This document shows positions 37,755 through 47,317 of a stretch of 64,000 nt of DNA, piece by piece; the stretch's first letter is position 1; every line of letters begins with the position of its first letter. Source of the stretch: Acholeplasma sp. (GTDB taxonomy: Bacteria; Bacillota_I; Bacilli_A; Acholeplasmatales; UBA5453). Made by a program: the position numbers and the translations under genes. The stretch covers positions 1 to 64,000 of the forward strand of contig JAVBWN010000015.1 of the NCBI GenBank assembly GCA_036677365.1. The letters are read 5' to 3'. The notes beneath the pieces are model-generated. The model was not told the DNA's origin and searched no databases. It saw only the letters and a list, made by a program, of their open reading frames with translations.

Positions 37755-38850
37755 AAATGCTTTGCTCCGTTTCTTTGTCAAAGAAATATAAATGAGATTG
37801 GTCAAAAGAAACGACAACCTCATCCCCGACTTGATATATGTGACGGGCATTGATTTTTAAAATCACATTTTTGCCTCCAAAACGGACATGCACCAACGCT
37901 TCAGCACCTAATAATTCATACAATTGTACGGTGGTATTGAAACCTTCGATGTCTTTCGCATCACATTGTTTGCAAATACGGAAATGTTCAGGTCTCAAAC
38001 CGACAATGATTTCTTTTCCAAAATACCCTTTGGCTTTTAATGTTGAAAATGGTTTGGATTGGTTAATGTGCATTTTAACACCATCAATTTCCAATAAACC
38101 ATCCGCATCGATATCGCCTCTAAAGATATTCATTGGCGGTGTCCCAATAAAATTTGCAACAAATAAATTATTGGGTTTATTGTAGACTTCTACCGGGGTA
38201 CCGATTTGTTGGACATAGCCATCTTTCATGACAACCATGCGGTCCGCTAATGTTAGAGCTTCGATTTGGTCATGGGTCACATAAACCATGGTCGTCCCTA
38301 GACGGTGGTGTAATTCCTTCAATTCTTTACGCATGATCCCTCTGAGTTTCGCATCCAAATTGGATAATGGTTCATCGAGTAAGAATACTTTTGGGTCACG
38401 TACAATCGCACGGCCTAAGGCAACACGTTGACGTTGACCACCCGAGAGCTCACGTGGTTTTCGATTCAAATAAGGCTTTAAACCTAAAATATTGGCAGCC
38501 CACATGACACGTTCATGGATGTGGTCAGAATTGACTTTTCGAAGTGTCAATGAGAAAGCCATGTTATGATAAACCGTCATGTGTGCATACAATGCGTAGT
38601 TTTGGAATACCATGGCGATATCGCGGTCTTTGGGTGCTAGATTATTGACATTCGCACCATCAATCAAAAGATTTCCTGTAGAGATTTCTTCTAATCCAGC
38701 GATCATTCTTAGGGTCGTAGATTTACCGCACCCCGAAGGTCCAACCAAGACGATGAACTCACCGTGTTCGATATCGATATTAAAATCAAATACCGCTTGT
38801 ACCCCATTTAAATAGATTTTATTGACATGTTGTAGTGACATCGTTGACAT
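37747..38850 (-). CDS. Carbohydrate ABC transporter ATP-binding subunit (MsmK/UgpC family)
   Basis: GPSGCGKST, VFQNYALY, LSGGQRQRVALGRA and DEPLSNLDAKLR motifs; TOBE-like tail. Confidence 0.95.
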   Translation of the reverse strand: MSTMSLQHVNKIYLNGVQAVFDFNIDIEHGEFIVLVGPSGCGKSTTLRMIAGLEEISTGNLLIDGANVNNLAPKDRDIAMVFQNYALYAHMTVYHNMAFSLTLRKVNSDHIHERVMWAANILGLKPYLNRKPRELSGGQRQRVALGRAIVRDPKVFLLDEPLSNLDAKLRGIMRKELKELHHRLGTTMVYVTHDQIEALTLADRMVVMKDGYVQQIGTPVEVYNKPNNLFVANFIGTPPMNIFRGDIDADGLLEIDGVKMHINQSKPFSTLKAKGYFGKEIIVGLRPEHFRICKQCDAKDIEGFNTTVQLYELLGAEALVHVRFGGKNVILKINARHIYQVGDEVVVSFDQSHLYFFDKETEQSIYE

Positions 38851-38851
38851 A

Positions 38852-39298
38852 TTATTCACCTGATTCCTTTAAATGTGCCATCAATGCACGATGTTTTTTA
38901 ATGGTAATTATTGCTGCAATCAAAAGTAAAATGATCGAACCAATAATCAAATCGATAATTATGAAGTATTGACGCCCTGAAATTTGCCCTAAGCGGAATA
39001 ATTTCAATGGTTCATAAAAGATTCTAAGTAAGTGTAAAAATGCGATAACGAACAAACCATAGCCCCATTTGATGTTGTAAGCTTTGACTTTTTCAGCCGC
39101 TAGAAATGTAAATAGCATTAATGTAATGTTGATTAATATTTCCATAGCGGTAGTAAACGATGGTACAACCATACGCGGGATGATGGTTGAAAACAATGAA
39201 CCAACCTGATTTACCATGGCCAACAATACCAACCAATAGGCTAACTTATTTTGTTGGTAACGCATCTTATCGACACGGATATTTTTAATGGTTGCCAT
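38852..39298 (-). CDS. Hypothetical membrane protein
   Basis: 148 aa, about 4 TM segments, coupled to neighbours. Confidence 0.7.
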   Translation of the reverse strand: MATIKNIRVDKMRYQQNKLAYWLVLLAMVNQVGSLFSTIIPRMVVPSFTTAMEILINITLMLFTFLAAEKVKAYNIKWGYGLFVIAFLHLLRIFYEPLKLFRLGQISGRQYFIIIDLIIGSIILLLIAAIITIKKHRALMAHLKESGE

Positions 39299-39854
39299 AG
39301 GATGTCACCGCCTTTTGAATGAGTTGGGCACGTTCTTTTTGAGCACGCACTTTATATACTAAGAATACCACGACTGTGATTGACACCACAATCATCAAAA
39401 TTGCGTATAAGTTACCAAATTCAAAGACGATATAGTTTTTAACTGTACGTCTGATTTGATACAAATGTTCAGGGACTTCTAATGGACTGATGTTTCGATA
39501 CATCGGTTCTAATACACTGTTATAATAAAGCGTTAAAACAGCGGAAACAAGCAATGTGATCGATGAAAGTACGCTTAAAACAATATTACTTAGATAGAAT
39601 TTTTTACGTGTAAATGATGCTGTAAAAACAAGTAATAGTAATAAAATCACACCAATAAAACCGACTTGTGATAACACACGATTGGCGGTTTGGGAGGCAA
39701 GATAGAATTGTGAAGCACGGGTTTCGGAAACGATATAAGCCCAGTTTGTACTGTAACCTAAAGTATATACATAGAACCCTGATGCAGTGAGGATCAATAA
39801 CGTATAAACGATGGGTTGGATGTGCTTGCCGATTGTTTTAAGAATATTTTGCAT
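39285..39854 (-). CDS. Hypothetical membrane protein
   Basis: 189 aa, about 4 TM segments. Confidence 0.7.
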   Translation of the reverse strand: MQNILKTIGKHIQPIVYTLLILTASGFYVYTLGYSTNWAYIVSETRASQFYLASQTANRVLSQVGFIGVILLLLLVFTASFTRKKFYLSNIVLSVLSSITLLVSAVLTLYYNSVLEPMYRNISPLEVPEHLYQIRRTVKNYIVFEFGNLYAILMIVVSITVVVFLVYKVRAQKERAQLIQKAVTSYGNH

Positions 39855-39889
39855 AAAATCACTTCTACTTTCATTTAAGTTTAGTTAGG

Positions 39890-39927
39890 TTGGACCCGAG
39901 AAGGGCGAGTTGCCCTTCTCGTTCCAA
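39890..39927 (-). other. Strong intercistronic stem-loop without U-tract
   Basis: Perfect 10-bp stem CGAGAAGGGC/GCCCTTCTCG plus a TTGGA/TCCAA extension just after the SBP stop. Confidence 0.7.
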
Positions 39928-39936
39928 TCATGTTAA

Positions 39937-42495
39937 TTATTTATTAACCCTTGCGTAAGCCGCTTCTAATGCAGCTTTATAAATCACTTGGTAAGTATTG
40001 ATGCCATCTTTTGTAACATAAGTACTGAAATATACTTGTGCAGTGACAGTATTACCATTACCAGAGAAACCGTATCTAACGAGTTTAGCCAATTGTGCAT
40101 CTGCCCAAATGTCATCGTAAGTTAAGGTTTGCATATCAGCAAGTTCATCGGCAGTAAGTGCGAATAGGGACGGCGCTAATCTGTACCATGGGTTTTCAGA
40201 TTGATAAACACCCGCTAATCTAAATGTACCTGCTTGAACTGCGGTATTGATTCTTTGGATACCAGCGATACCTTGGCTAGACAATGTTTGGAATTCAAGA
40301 CCTAGACCACGGATGTGTCCAATTGGCATGGTTGCGCCAACATAACGTCTTAGGTAGTTGATCATATTACCAGAAGCCAGTGTTTGCATTTCAGCGAGTG
40401 CTGCTGCAGAAATCGCAGGAATCATTTCACCATTATAGGAGATTTGTCCATCGATGAAGCCTTGAGGACCATATAAGTGGATGTTACCAACAGAATCATT
40501 GGATGAATAATCATACATACCATCGACTAAAGTCAAGACTCTAGCCAATTTCGCTGTATCGTTTGCCACGTGTGCTGGGATACCCCATGCTTCATTCTTA
40601 AGGGATCTGACACCTTCAGAGAAGTGGAAATATTCACCTGTTCCTAACCAGTCATTGACAGGAGGTAAAATGGCTTCAAAACGGAATGTAGGGTCTAATG
40701 CTTGAGCGGCTGTGATATAACCGTTTGGTGTTGAAGATGCATTGTAATCATAAGTGATGAAACCATATGAACCTTGTAACAATTGTGCTCTGTGGTCAGT
40801 GTTTGAACCAGAGTCAAATGTTTGAATGATCAATTGGTCAGCAAACATGTTGGTAAGTTGTGTAACACCATCGATGGTCTTCTGTTCTGCTCTCGCATCC
40901 ACAATACCACCTTGTTCATTGAAGTATGCCCAGTCATATCTGGAGAACATACCACGTAGACCAAACATTTCAAGACCACGGAATAAGTTACGAATGCGTG
41001 CAGCTTGTGATGTTCTTGGGAACATAACTTCAACCGCTGTCTTCGGTGTAGATAATTCTCTAGTTAAGAATTGTGGGTTCGCTTTAACAACATACATCAA
41101 TGCCAATAATTCATCGACATCGTATGCTGCGTCTGTACCGACGAATACGTCAGAAAGTTTCGCATAACCTTGGCTACCATAGGTTGCTTGCATATAAGAT
41201 CTGAATGCGTTTGCCATCGATGCACCAGTCTTATTAGGTAAGTTTTGAAGGGTAGTTAAGATGTTTGCTGTGTGTGCTTTGGTTACATTACGGGTTGTAC
41301 CATCCGGATTAGCAACTTGAACAACAACGTTTAAGTTTTCAGGGGTCGTTCTAGTTACTGTGAATGAACCGGTATAAGCGGTTGTATCAAATGCAGGGGA
41401 TGCAACATCAAGGATATCTTGAACCCAGTCAATACGAACTAAGAACATTTGTTCGATTTCACCGAAACCATCGAAATAAGGGGTATAGTAGATACCACCA
41501 TTGGCAGCGGTCATGGAAGCTCTAACTGAAGGGTTGTCTGTTAAGAACTTGTTTAAGTTAGGCATCGAGTTTAAATACTTGGATAAGTCAACAAAGTTGT
41601 TACCAGAAACACCATATTGTGTGAGTTGTGCACCAGTAGCGTTTACTAAATCCACTGTGGAGAAACTATTGGTTAATAATTCGTTGAATTGGTTGGTGGT
41701 AGTATTGCTGACTTTAGCATCTTGGAATGTGATGTTTAATTTTTGTCCAAGGGCTTCCCACACTGGCATCAACATACCATTGGTATAGGTTTTACCATTT
41801 AAAGAAACATATGGGTTTGCTTCTTGGTAGGAAATACCTCTACCTTCGTAGTTAATAGCGACTTTCAATGTGATTGCTTTTGAAGGGTCATCTTCAACCA
41901 ATGTACCAGACACGTTTACTTGGAATTGTGCGGTTTGTGATTGATATGTCACAGTGATCACTTTTAGACCAGCAGACAATGAATCAAATCCAGCCACTGT
42001 CAATTCTGCATGTGGTATAGCGACTTTAGAACCATCTGAGTATAAAGCTTCAACGACTAATCCATTTAAGCTTAATACACCATTTAGACCATACGTGGTC
42101 TTTGAAGGTAATGTCTTCACTTGAATTGCAAGTAAAGTTACTGGGGCATCCGGGTCATTGACAACAACCACAAATGTAGTCGTTAATGTACCCACAGTTA
42201 CAGTGATGGTCTTTAGACCTGGTGTAGCTGCAGAGAATCCAGATACTTGGTATTGGTTCGCACCCGTACCTTGAGTTAGAATCACGCTGGAAGCATCGTT
42301 ATAGATACCTTCAACTTGAAGTCCTGTTAAGTCAAGCGCTGTGTCGTTGACTTCATAAGCTGTTTTAGTAGGTGCGACTTTAACGTTGATTGCGACCAAC
42401 ACTTTTTCCGGTTCAGGTTCATTACCGCCACCGATACAGCCTGCTAAAACGAATAGTGATAATACCGTTAGGATTATCCCAAACATTTTTTTCAT
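39937..42495 (-). CDS. ABC solute-binding lipoprotein with two N-terminal Ig-like (Big_3-type) repeats
   Basis: Lipobox VLAGC; two repeats (APTKTAY..LDLTGLQVEGIY..GLKTITVT and LPSKTTY..LSLNGLVVEALY..GLKVITVTY); SBP motifs DLSKYL..MPNL..GGIYYTP..VRIDW. GGAGG RBS at MKKMFG. Confidence 0.85.
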   Translation of the reverse strand: MKKMFGIILTVLSLFVLAGCIGGGNEPEPEKVLVAINVKVAPTKTAYEVNDTALDLTGLQVEGIYNDASSVILTQGTGANQYQVSGFSAATPGLKTITVTVGTLTTTFVVVVNDPDAPVTLLAIQVKTLPSKTTYGLNGVLSLNGLVVEALYSDGSKVAIPHAELTVAGFDSLSAGLKVITVTYQSQTAQFQVNVSGTLVEDDPSKAITLKVAINYEGRGISYQEANPYVSLNGKTYTNGMLMPVWEALGQKLNITFQDAKVSNTTTNQFNELLTNSFSTVDLVNATGAQLTQYGVSGNNFVDLSKYLNSMPNLNKFLTDNPSVRASMTAANGGIYYTPYFDGFGEIEQMFLVRIDWVQDILDVASPAFDTTAYTGSFTVTRTTPENLNVVVQVANPDGTTRNVTKAHTANILTTLQNLPNKTGASMANAFRSYMQATYGSQGYAKLSDVFVGTDAAYDVDELLALMYVVKANPQFLTRELSTPKTAVEVMFPRTSQAARIRNLFRGLEMFGLRGMFSRYDWAYFNEQGGIVDARAEQKTIDGVTQLTNMFADQLIIQTFDSGSNTDHRAQLLQGSYGFITYDYNASSTPNGYITAAQALDPTFRFEAILPPVNDWLGTGEYFHFSEGVRSLKNEAWGIPAHVANDTAKLARVLTLVDGMYDYSSNDSVGNIHLYGPQGFIDGQISYNGEMIPAISAAALAEMQTLASGNMINYLRRYVGATMPIGHIRGLGLEFQTLSSQGIAGIQRINTAVQAGTFRLAGVYQSENPWYRLAPSLFALTADELADMQTLTYDDIWADAQLAKLVRYGFSGNGNTVTAQVYFSTYVTKDGINTYQVIYKAALEAAYARVNK

Positions 42496-42517
42496 ACTTT
42501 TTCTTCCTCCTCTTTCT

Positions 42518-43381
42518 TTATTCTTTAACCCCACCAACGTTGACACCGCGTGCGAAATACTTTTGTAAGTACGGGTAGACAACGATGATTGGGATAATAG
42601 ACATGACTATCATCGCATACATGTACGAATACGGTGAATAAGGGGTATTCGTGATCGATGCGTTTTCGTCCATCAAGTATTCACTCAAATACTTACGAAG
42701 ATGGACTTGAAGCGGGTGTTCGACGTTCCAGTTGACCAAGACTAAGTTCCAGAAATAACCATTCCAACGCGATAACGCATAGAACAGCGTGACGGTAGCC
42801 AAGGCACTTTTAGACATCGGTAAGTATACATTGGTGAGGACTTGGAATTCGTTTGCACCATCGACGATGGCCGCTTCTTCGATTTCTTTTGAGACCCCAC
42901 TAAAATAGTTTCTAAGTAAAATGACATTGAATGCTTGAACCCCAAAACCGTAGATGATCCCCCAGCGGAAATCGACCCCAAACATCTTATAGTTCAAGAA
43001 GGTCGGAATCATCCCTGCAGAAAACCACATGGTAAATACGATTAAGAAGTTGATTTGTCTTCTAAATACCAAACGGGATTTGGACAGTGCATACGCAGCA
43101 GCAATCGACATCACCATCGAGAAGATGGTTCCAAAGAAGGTATAGAACAGGGTATTGGTATACGCAATCCAAAATCCTTTATCGGAAATGACGGCGATCA
43201 ACGCGTCTAATTGAAAATCCACAGGCCAAAATATGACTCGACCTTGCTCAAAAGCGAGTTTGCCCGATACCGATGCAGATAGTGTGTAAATGAATGGGTA
43301 TAAAGCTGCGATAGCGAATAAGGTAACCAACACATACGCTATGACTTTGAAAATGACTTCAGATATATCTAATCTTCGCAT
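42518..43381 (-). CDS. Carbohydrate ABC permease (LplC-like)
   Basis: EAA loop EIEEAAIVDGAN, WNGYF and YPYLQKYFARGVNVGGVKE. Confidence 0.93.
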   Translation of the reverse strand: MRRLDISEVIFKVIAYVLVTLFAIAALYPFIYTLSASVSGKLAFEQGRVIFWPVDFQLDALIAVISDKGFWIAYTNTLFYTFFGTIFSMVMSIAAAYALSKSRLVFRRQINFLIVFTMWFSAGMIPTFLNYKMFGVDFRWGIIYGFGVQAFNVILLRNYFSGVSKEIEEAAIVDGANEFQVLTNVYLPMSKSALATVTLFYALSRWNGYFWNLVLVNWNVEHPLQVHLRKYLSEYLMDENASITNTPYSPYSYMYAMIVMSIIPIIVVYPYLQKYFARGVNVGGVKE

Positions 43382-43392
43382 AGGGGTTCTCC

Positions 43393-44430
43393 TTAGAATA
43401 ATGACGTGTCAGATACACGTTTCGAGATGAAGTTCGCACCTAAGACCAAGAACATCGCGATGATCGAGTTGAATAAGTCTGCGGCTGCGGCGGTATTGAG
43501 TGAAATCGATTGTCCGCCCATCAACCCACCAATTCTGGTAACAAAGGTTGAGATGACATCGGCCGTTTCATACGTTTGAACGTTATATAACAAAATGATT
43601 TTTTCATAGCCAACCGATAATATTTCGCCGATACGCAAGATGAGCATGATGGTTAAGGTTGGTGCCATCCCTGGCAAGGTAACATATCGGATTTGAGCCA
43701 ATTTGTTCGCCCCATCGATTCTAGCGGCTTCATAGTTGGTTGGGCTGATGGCCATGATCGCTGCGAAATACACAATCGACCCGTAACCTGCGCCTTCCCA
43801 AATCCCTGAAATGATATAAATCGATCTAAAATATTGAGGCTCATGTAACATACGGGTATTTTCACCAATCAGTCCAAACATTTGGAATAAGGAGGTTAAA
43901 ACCCCTGGGGCTTGGTGCGGTTCATTGCCTTCAAATAACATCAACGTGATGATGGAGGTGATGACTACGGTACTGATGAATTTCGGTAAATAAGTTAGGA
44001 TTTGTGTTAAGCTTCGGTAGAAATCCGATTTGATTTCCGAGAAAAACAATGCGAGGATGATGGGTACAGGGAAACCGAAAATCAAGCCATACATGGAAAT
44101 CGCGAATGTATTTCTAAACGCTTGCCAGAACTCTTTTGCGTAGTCACCAGCAATCAGCGATCTAAATGCGTAAAATCCAGCAAATGGGGCCTGACCAACC
44201 GATAGTGTTAGATCGTTTTGGTTTTTAAATGCTGCCAAGATACCATAAATCGGCATGTATCTAAAAATGAAGAAATATAAGATGACGGGGATGAGCATGA
44301 CGTATAATGGCCAGTCTTTTTTGATCGAAACCCAATAGCGATGCCACTTGTTTTTCTCCAATGACTCCATTAAGAGTTCATGTTTCAGTTCATCTAAACT
44401 CATGTTTTTAACGTCGTTGTTAACTTTCAT
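43393..44430 (-). CDS. Carbohydrate ABC permease (LplB-like)
   Basis: YMPIYG, YLPKFIS, GYGSIVYFAA, YEAARIDGA and ADVISTFV motifs. Confidence 0.93.
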   Translation of the reverse strand: MKVNNDVKNMSLDELKHELLMESLEKNKWHRYWVSIKKDWPLYVMLIPVILYFFIFRYMPIYGILAAFKNQNDLTLSVGQAPFAGFYAFRSLIAGDYAKEFWQAFRNTFAISMYGLIFGFPVPIILALFFSEIKSDFYRSLTQILTYLPKFISTVVITSIITLMLFEGNEPHQAPGVLTSLFQMFGLIGENTRMLHEPQYFRSIYIISGIWEGAGYGSIVYFAAIMAISPTNYEAARIDGANKLAQIRYVTLPGMAPTLTIMLILRIGEILSVGYEKIILLYNVQTYETADVISTFVTRIGGLMGGQSISLNTAAAADLFNSIIAMFLVLGANFISKRVSDTSLF

Positions 44431-44992
44431 AAATGCGTTCCTCTTCTTGTCTTTCCTTGATTTGTTTCAGTAGATATGCTTTCATATCGACCATAAAATC
44501 TTCTTGGTGACGTGCAATCATGAGAATGACCCACCCTAAGATGATGTTGAATCCATGTCTGGTGATGAGTACGACCCATTCAACGGTATCAAATAACCAC
44601 CATTGAATCAGTACTTGGGTGAAAAACAGTGCTAAGTACCCTGTGAGAAAATATAATGTAACCAGCAAGACCTCACTGCGAATATGACTTTTATTGGTGA
44701 TTTTAAACCACACCATGGCACTACTTAAGGTGAAAATCGATGCGATGTATCCCAACATCGGTAATAAATCAAAATTTCGATACAGTATCGTGTGTAATAA
44801 GGCAATCACACCATTGACATATAGTCCGTAAGCACCCCATCGAAAATAGATGATCATCAAGATGGGTGTTGAGAGTGTGACATATAAGAAAATCAATTCT
44901 TTTTGACTGGCAAAAAATCCAACAAGGTCTACAAGGACAGCCACTGCACCTAGTACAATCAAATCGATGAGACGGTATTTCGCTATTGTCAA
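44420..44992 (-). CDS. Hypothetical membrane protein
   Basis: About 6 TM segments; TTG start at 44992 with AAAGGAGG RBS. Confidence 0.7.
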   Translation of the reverse strand: MTIAKYRLIDLIVLGAVAVLVDLVGFFASQKELIFLYVTLSTPILMIIYFRWGAYGLYVNGVIALLHTILYRNFDLLPMLGYIASIFTLSSAMVWFKITNKSHIRSEVLLVTLYFLTGYLALFFTQVLIQWWLFDTVEWVVLITRHGFNIILGWVILMIARHQEDFMVDMKAYLLKQIKERQEEERIYES

Positions 44993-45014
44993 AGTAAGAC
45001 CTCCTTTATATAAT
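44986..45014 (+). promoter_or_regulatory. Promoter of the pectinesterase gene, overlapping the start codon and RBS of the divergent gene
   Basis: TTGTCA-17 bp-TATAAT on the + strand. Confidence 0.7.
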
Positions 45015-45034
45015 AGATTTACGCGAGGTGTTTT

Positions 45035-45925
45035 ATGAAAACAATTGAACTGACCCCTAAAGATGATATTCAAGCCATTTTGGATGGTTATCCACTCGAG
45101 ACCAAACTCGAAGTACACCTGTCTAATGGTTTTTACAAACAAAAATTAACCTTGAGACACCCACATTTAAAGTTGATTGGTGAATCTCACGATACGATCA
45201 TCTCATTCGACGACCACGCTTTGAAGTTCCACGCCGATGGTTTACTGATGAATACGTTTAGAACCCAAACGGTCTTGGTTTTGGCTGACCATGTGACTTT
45301 AACTAACCTTACCATTGAAAACACAAGTGGTACCGGTCCTAAAATTGGTCAAGCGATAGCGCTTTCTTCATACGGTGATGATACATTGATTCAAAATTGT
45401 ATCCTCAAATCCACCCAAGATACCGTGTTCTTTGGGCCTCTGCCATCGGATTTGATATTGCGTTATGATCATATATTATCTGATTTGGAACTTTTGAATC
45501 GTCCACTTAAACAATTCATCTTCAATTCCACCATCATCGGAAACATTGATTTCATTTTTGGTGGTAGTGATGCGTTTTTCGATCACTGTACGATCATTTC
45601 GAATGGTAGTGGCTATATTGCAGCCCCATCTACACATCCCAAATCATCGTTCGGGCTGGTTTTCAATGGTTGTCGCTTCCAATCCCTTGGACAGTACAAC
45701 ATCGTTCTAAGTCGACCTTGGCGATCTGGAGGAAAAGCCATTTTTATCGATTCAACATTTACTATGCCGATATCGACCGAACGATATATGGATTGGGATA
45801 AACCGTATTTCGAGAATTACGAAACACCGTATGTACCACACCCATGGTCAAAACCTTTGCCCGAAACCATGAAATTAAAGATTTCGGAAATCATCGCTGA
45901 AAAGCGATTTTTTTTTACATGTTGA
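45035..45925 (+). CDS. Pectin methylesterase (CE8), no signal peptide
   Basis: GQAIAL, QDT, GNIDFIFG and LSRPW motifs. Confidence 0.9.
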   Translation: MKTIELTPKDDIQAILDGYPLETKLEVHLSNGFYKQKLTLRHPHLKLIGESHDTIISFDDHALKFHADGLLMNTFRTQTVLVLADHVTLTNLTIENTSGTGPKIGQAIALSSYGDDTLIQNCILKSTQDTVFFGPLPSDLILRYDHILSDLELLNRPLKQFIFNSTIIGNIDFIFGGSDAFFDHCTIISNGSGYIAAPSTHPKSSFGLVFNGCRFQSLGQYNIVLSRPWRSGGKAIFIDSTFTMPISTERYMDWDKPYFENYETPYVPHPWSKPLPETMKLKISEIIAEKRFFFTC

Positions 45926-47306
45926 AGTACTTCTTCGCGTTGTTGTATGCGATGTCTTCAACGATTCTACCCAGCACATCATAATCTTCTGGGAATAAAC
46001 CTTGTTCCACCCAACGACCTATTTTATCACAGAGTAGGCGTCTGAAGTATTCGTGTCTTGGATAACTTAAGAAGGAACGAGAATCGGTGAGCATACCCAC
46101 AAATCTCGAAAGTAAACCATTGTTCGCTAAAGCATCCATTTGTCGGCTCATCCCGTCAATCGTATCATTGAACCACCAAGCGGACCCACATTGGAGTTTA
46201 CCTGGGGTTTTACCATCTTGGAACGCTTGCATCAGTGTCACAACGACTTCGTGGTCGCGGGGATTGAGGGCATAGATGATGGTTTTTGGCAATTGATCAT
46301 GATGGTCTAAAGCATCTAAAATGCGTGATAAGGGTTTAGCAATCAATTCATCATTGATGGCATCATAACCCGTATCCGGCCCTAAGGTTTGTAACATGCG
46401 TTTGGAGTTATTTCTGAGTGCCCCAATGTGGTATTGTTGTACCCAACCACGTTGGTGGTATGCTTTGCCTAAAAATACGAGCATATACCCTTTATATTTT
46501 TCAACTTCATCTTTGCTCAAGGTCACTTTGGCTCTGGCACGTTTGAATATCAGGTCAATTTCTTCATCATTGGTATCTTGGAAATGGATTGAATCTAACC
46601 CGTGGTCCGATAAACGGCAGCCATGGTCATGGAAATAATCCATACGTTGGTTCAATGCACGCATCAAATCTTCGATTGTATCGATAGCAAACCCCACAAC
46701 TGCACCCAATTGATTCAACCATTCGTTAAACCATGAAAGTTCAATATTGATGGCTTTATCAGGTCTGAATGCTGGTTTCACTTTGAAATTGTTCGATTCT
46801 TTTTCTAATAACTCGTGGTATTTCAAATCATCGATGGGGTCGTCTGTTGTACAAACCAATTTAACGTTGCTCATTTCGATGAATTTTTTTGGTGTCATGT
46901 GCTTCAATTGAAGGTTGGCTTCATCGTAAATCGCTTTGGCGGTTTTTGGCGATAACAGCGTTTCAATGTTGAAGAAGCGACGTAATTCTAAGTGACTCCA
47001 ATGGTACAGTGGGTTACCGACCAAATAAGGCATCACTTCTGCGTATTTGTAAAATTTATCAAAATCCGGCTGATTGCCTGTAATAAAGGATTCATCTACC
47101 CCATTGGCACGCATCAAACGCCATTTGTAGTGGTCACCACCCAACCAAACCTTCGATAAATTATCAAATGGTTTGTTTTCATAAATCTCTTTTGGGTTTA
47201 AATGACAGTGATAGTCGATGATGGGCATGTTTGAAGCATATTCATGATAAAGCTTTTTCGCGACCGCATTGCTGAGCATGAAGTCTTTATTCATAAATGT
47301 ATTCAT
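45915..47306 (-). CDS. uxaC: Uronate isomerase
   Basis: PIIDYHCHL, GDHYKWRLMR, GNPLYHW, GSAWWFND and GMLTDSRSFLSYPRHEYFRR motifs. Confidence 0.97.
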   Translation of the reverse strand: MNTFMNKDFMLSNAVAKKLYHEYASNMPIIDYHCHLNPKEIYENKPFDNLSKVWLGGDHYKWRLMRANGVDESFITGNQPDFDKFYKYAEVMPYLVGNPLYHWSHLELRRFFNIETLLSPKTAKAIYDEANLQLKHMTPKKFIEMSNVKLVCTTDDPIDDLKYHELLEKESNNFKVKPAFRPDKAINIELSWFNEWLNQLGAVVGFAIDTIEDLMRALNQRMDYFHDHGCRLSDHGLDSIHFQDTNDEEIDLIFKRARAKVTLSKDEVEKYKGYMLVFLGKAYHQRGWVQQYHIGALRNNSKRMLQTLGPDTGYDAINDELIAKPLSRILDALDHHDQLPKTIIYALNPRDHEVVVTLMQAFQDGKTPGKLQCGSAWWFNDTIDGMSRQMDALANNGLLSRFVGMLTDSRSFLSYPRHEYFRRLLCDKIGRWVEQGLFPEDYDVLGRIVEDIAYNNAKKYFNM

Positions 47307-47317
47307 ATGATTCCTCC

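Noticed and set aside
44993..45142. N-terminal extensions given by the ORF track (also for parC, plsY, SBP, uppP, ptsH and the hydrolase)
   Set aside because: They overlap neighbouring genes or promoters; downstream starts have clear SD sequences.
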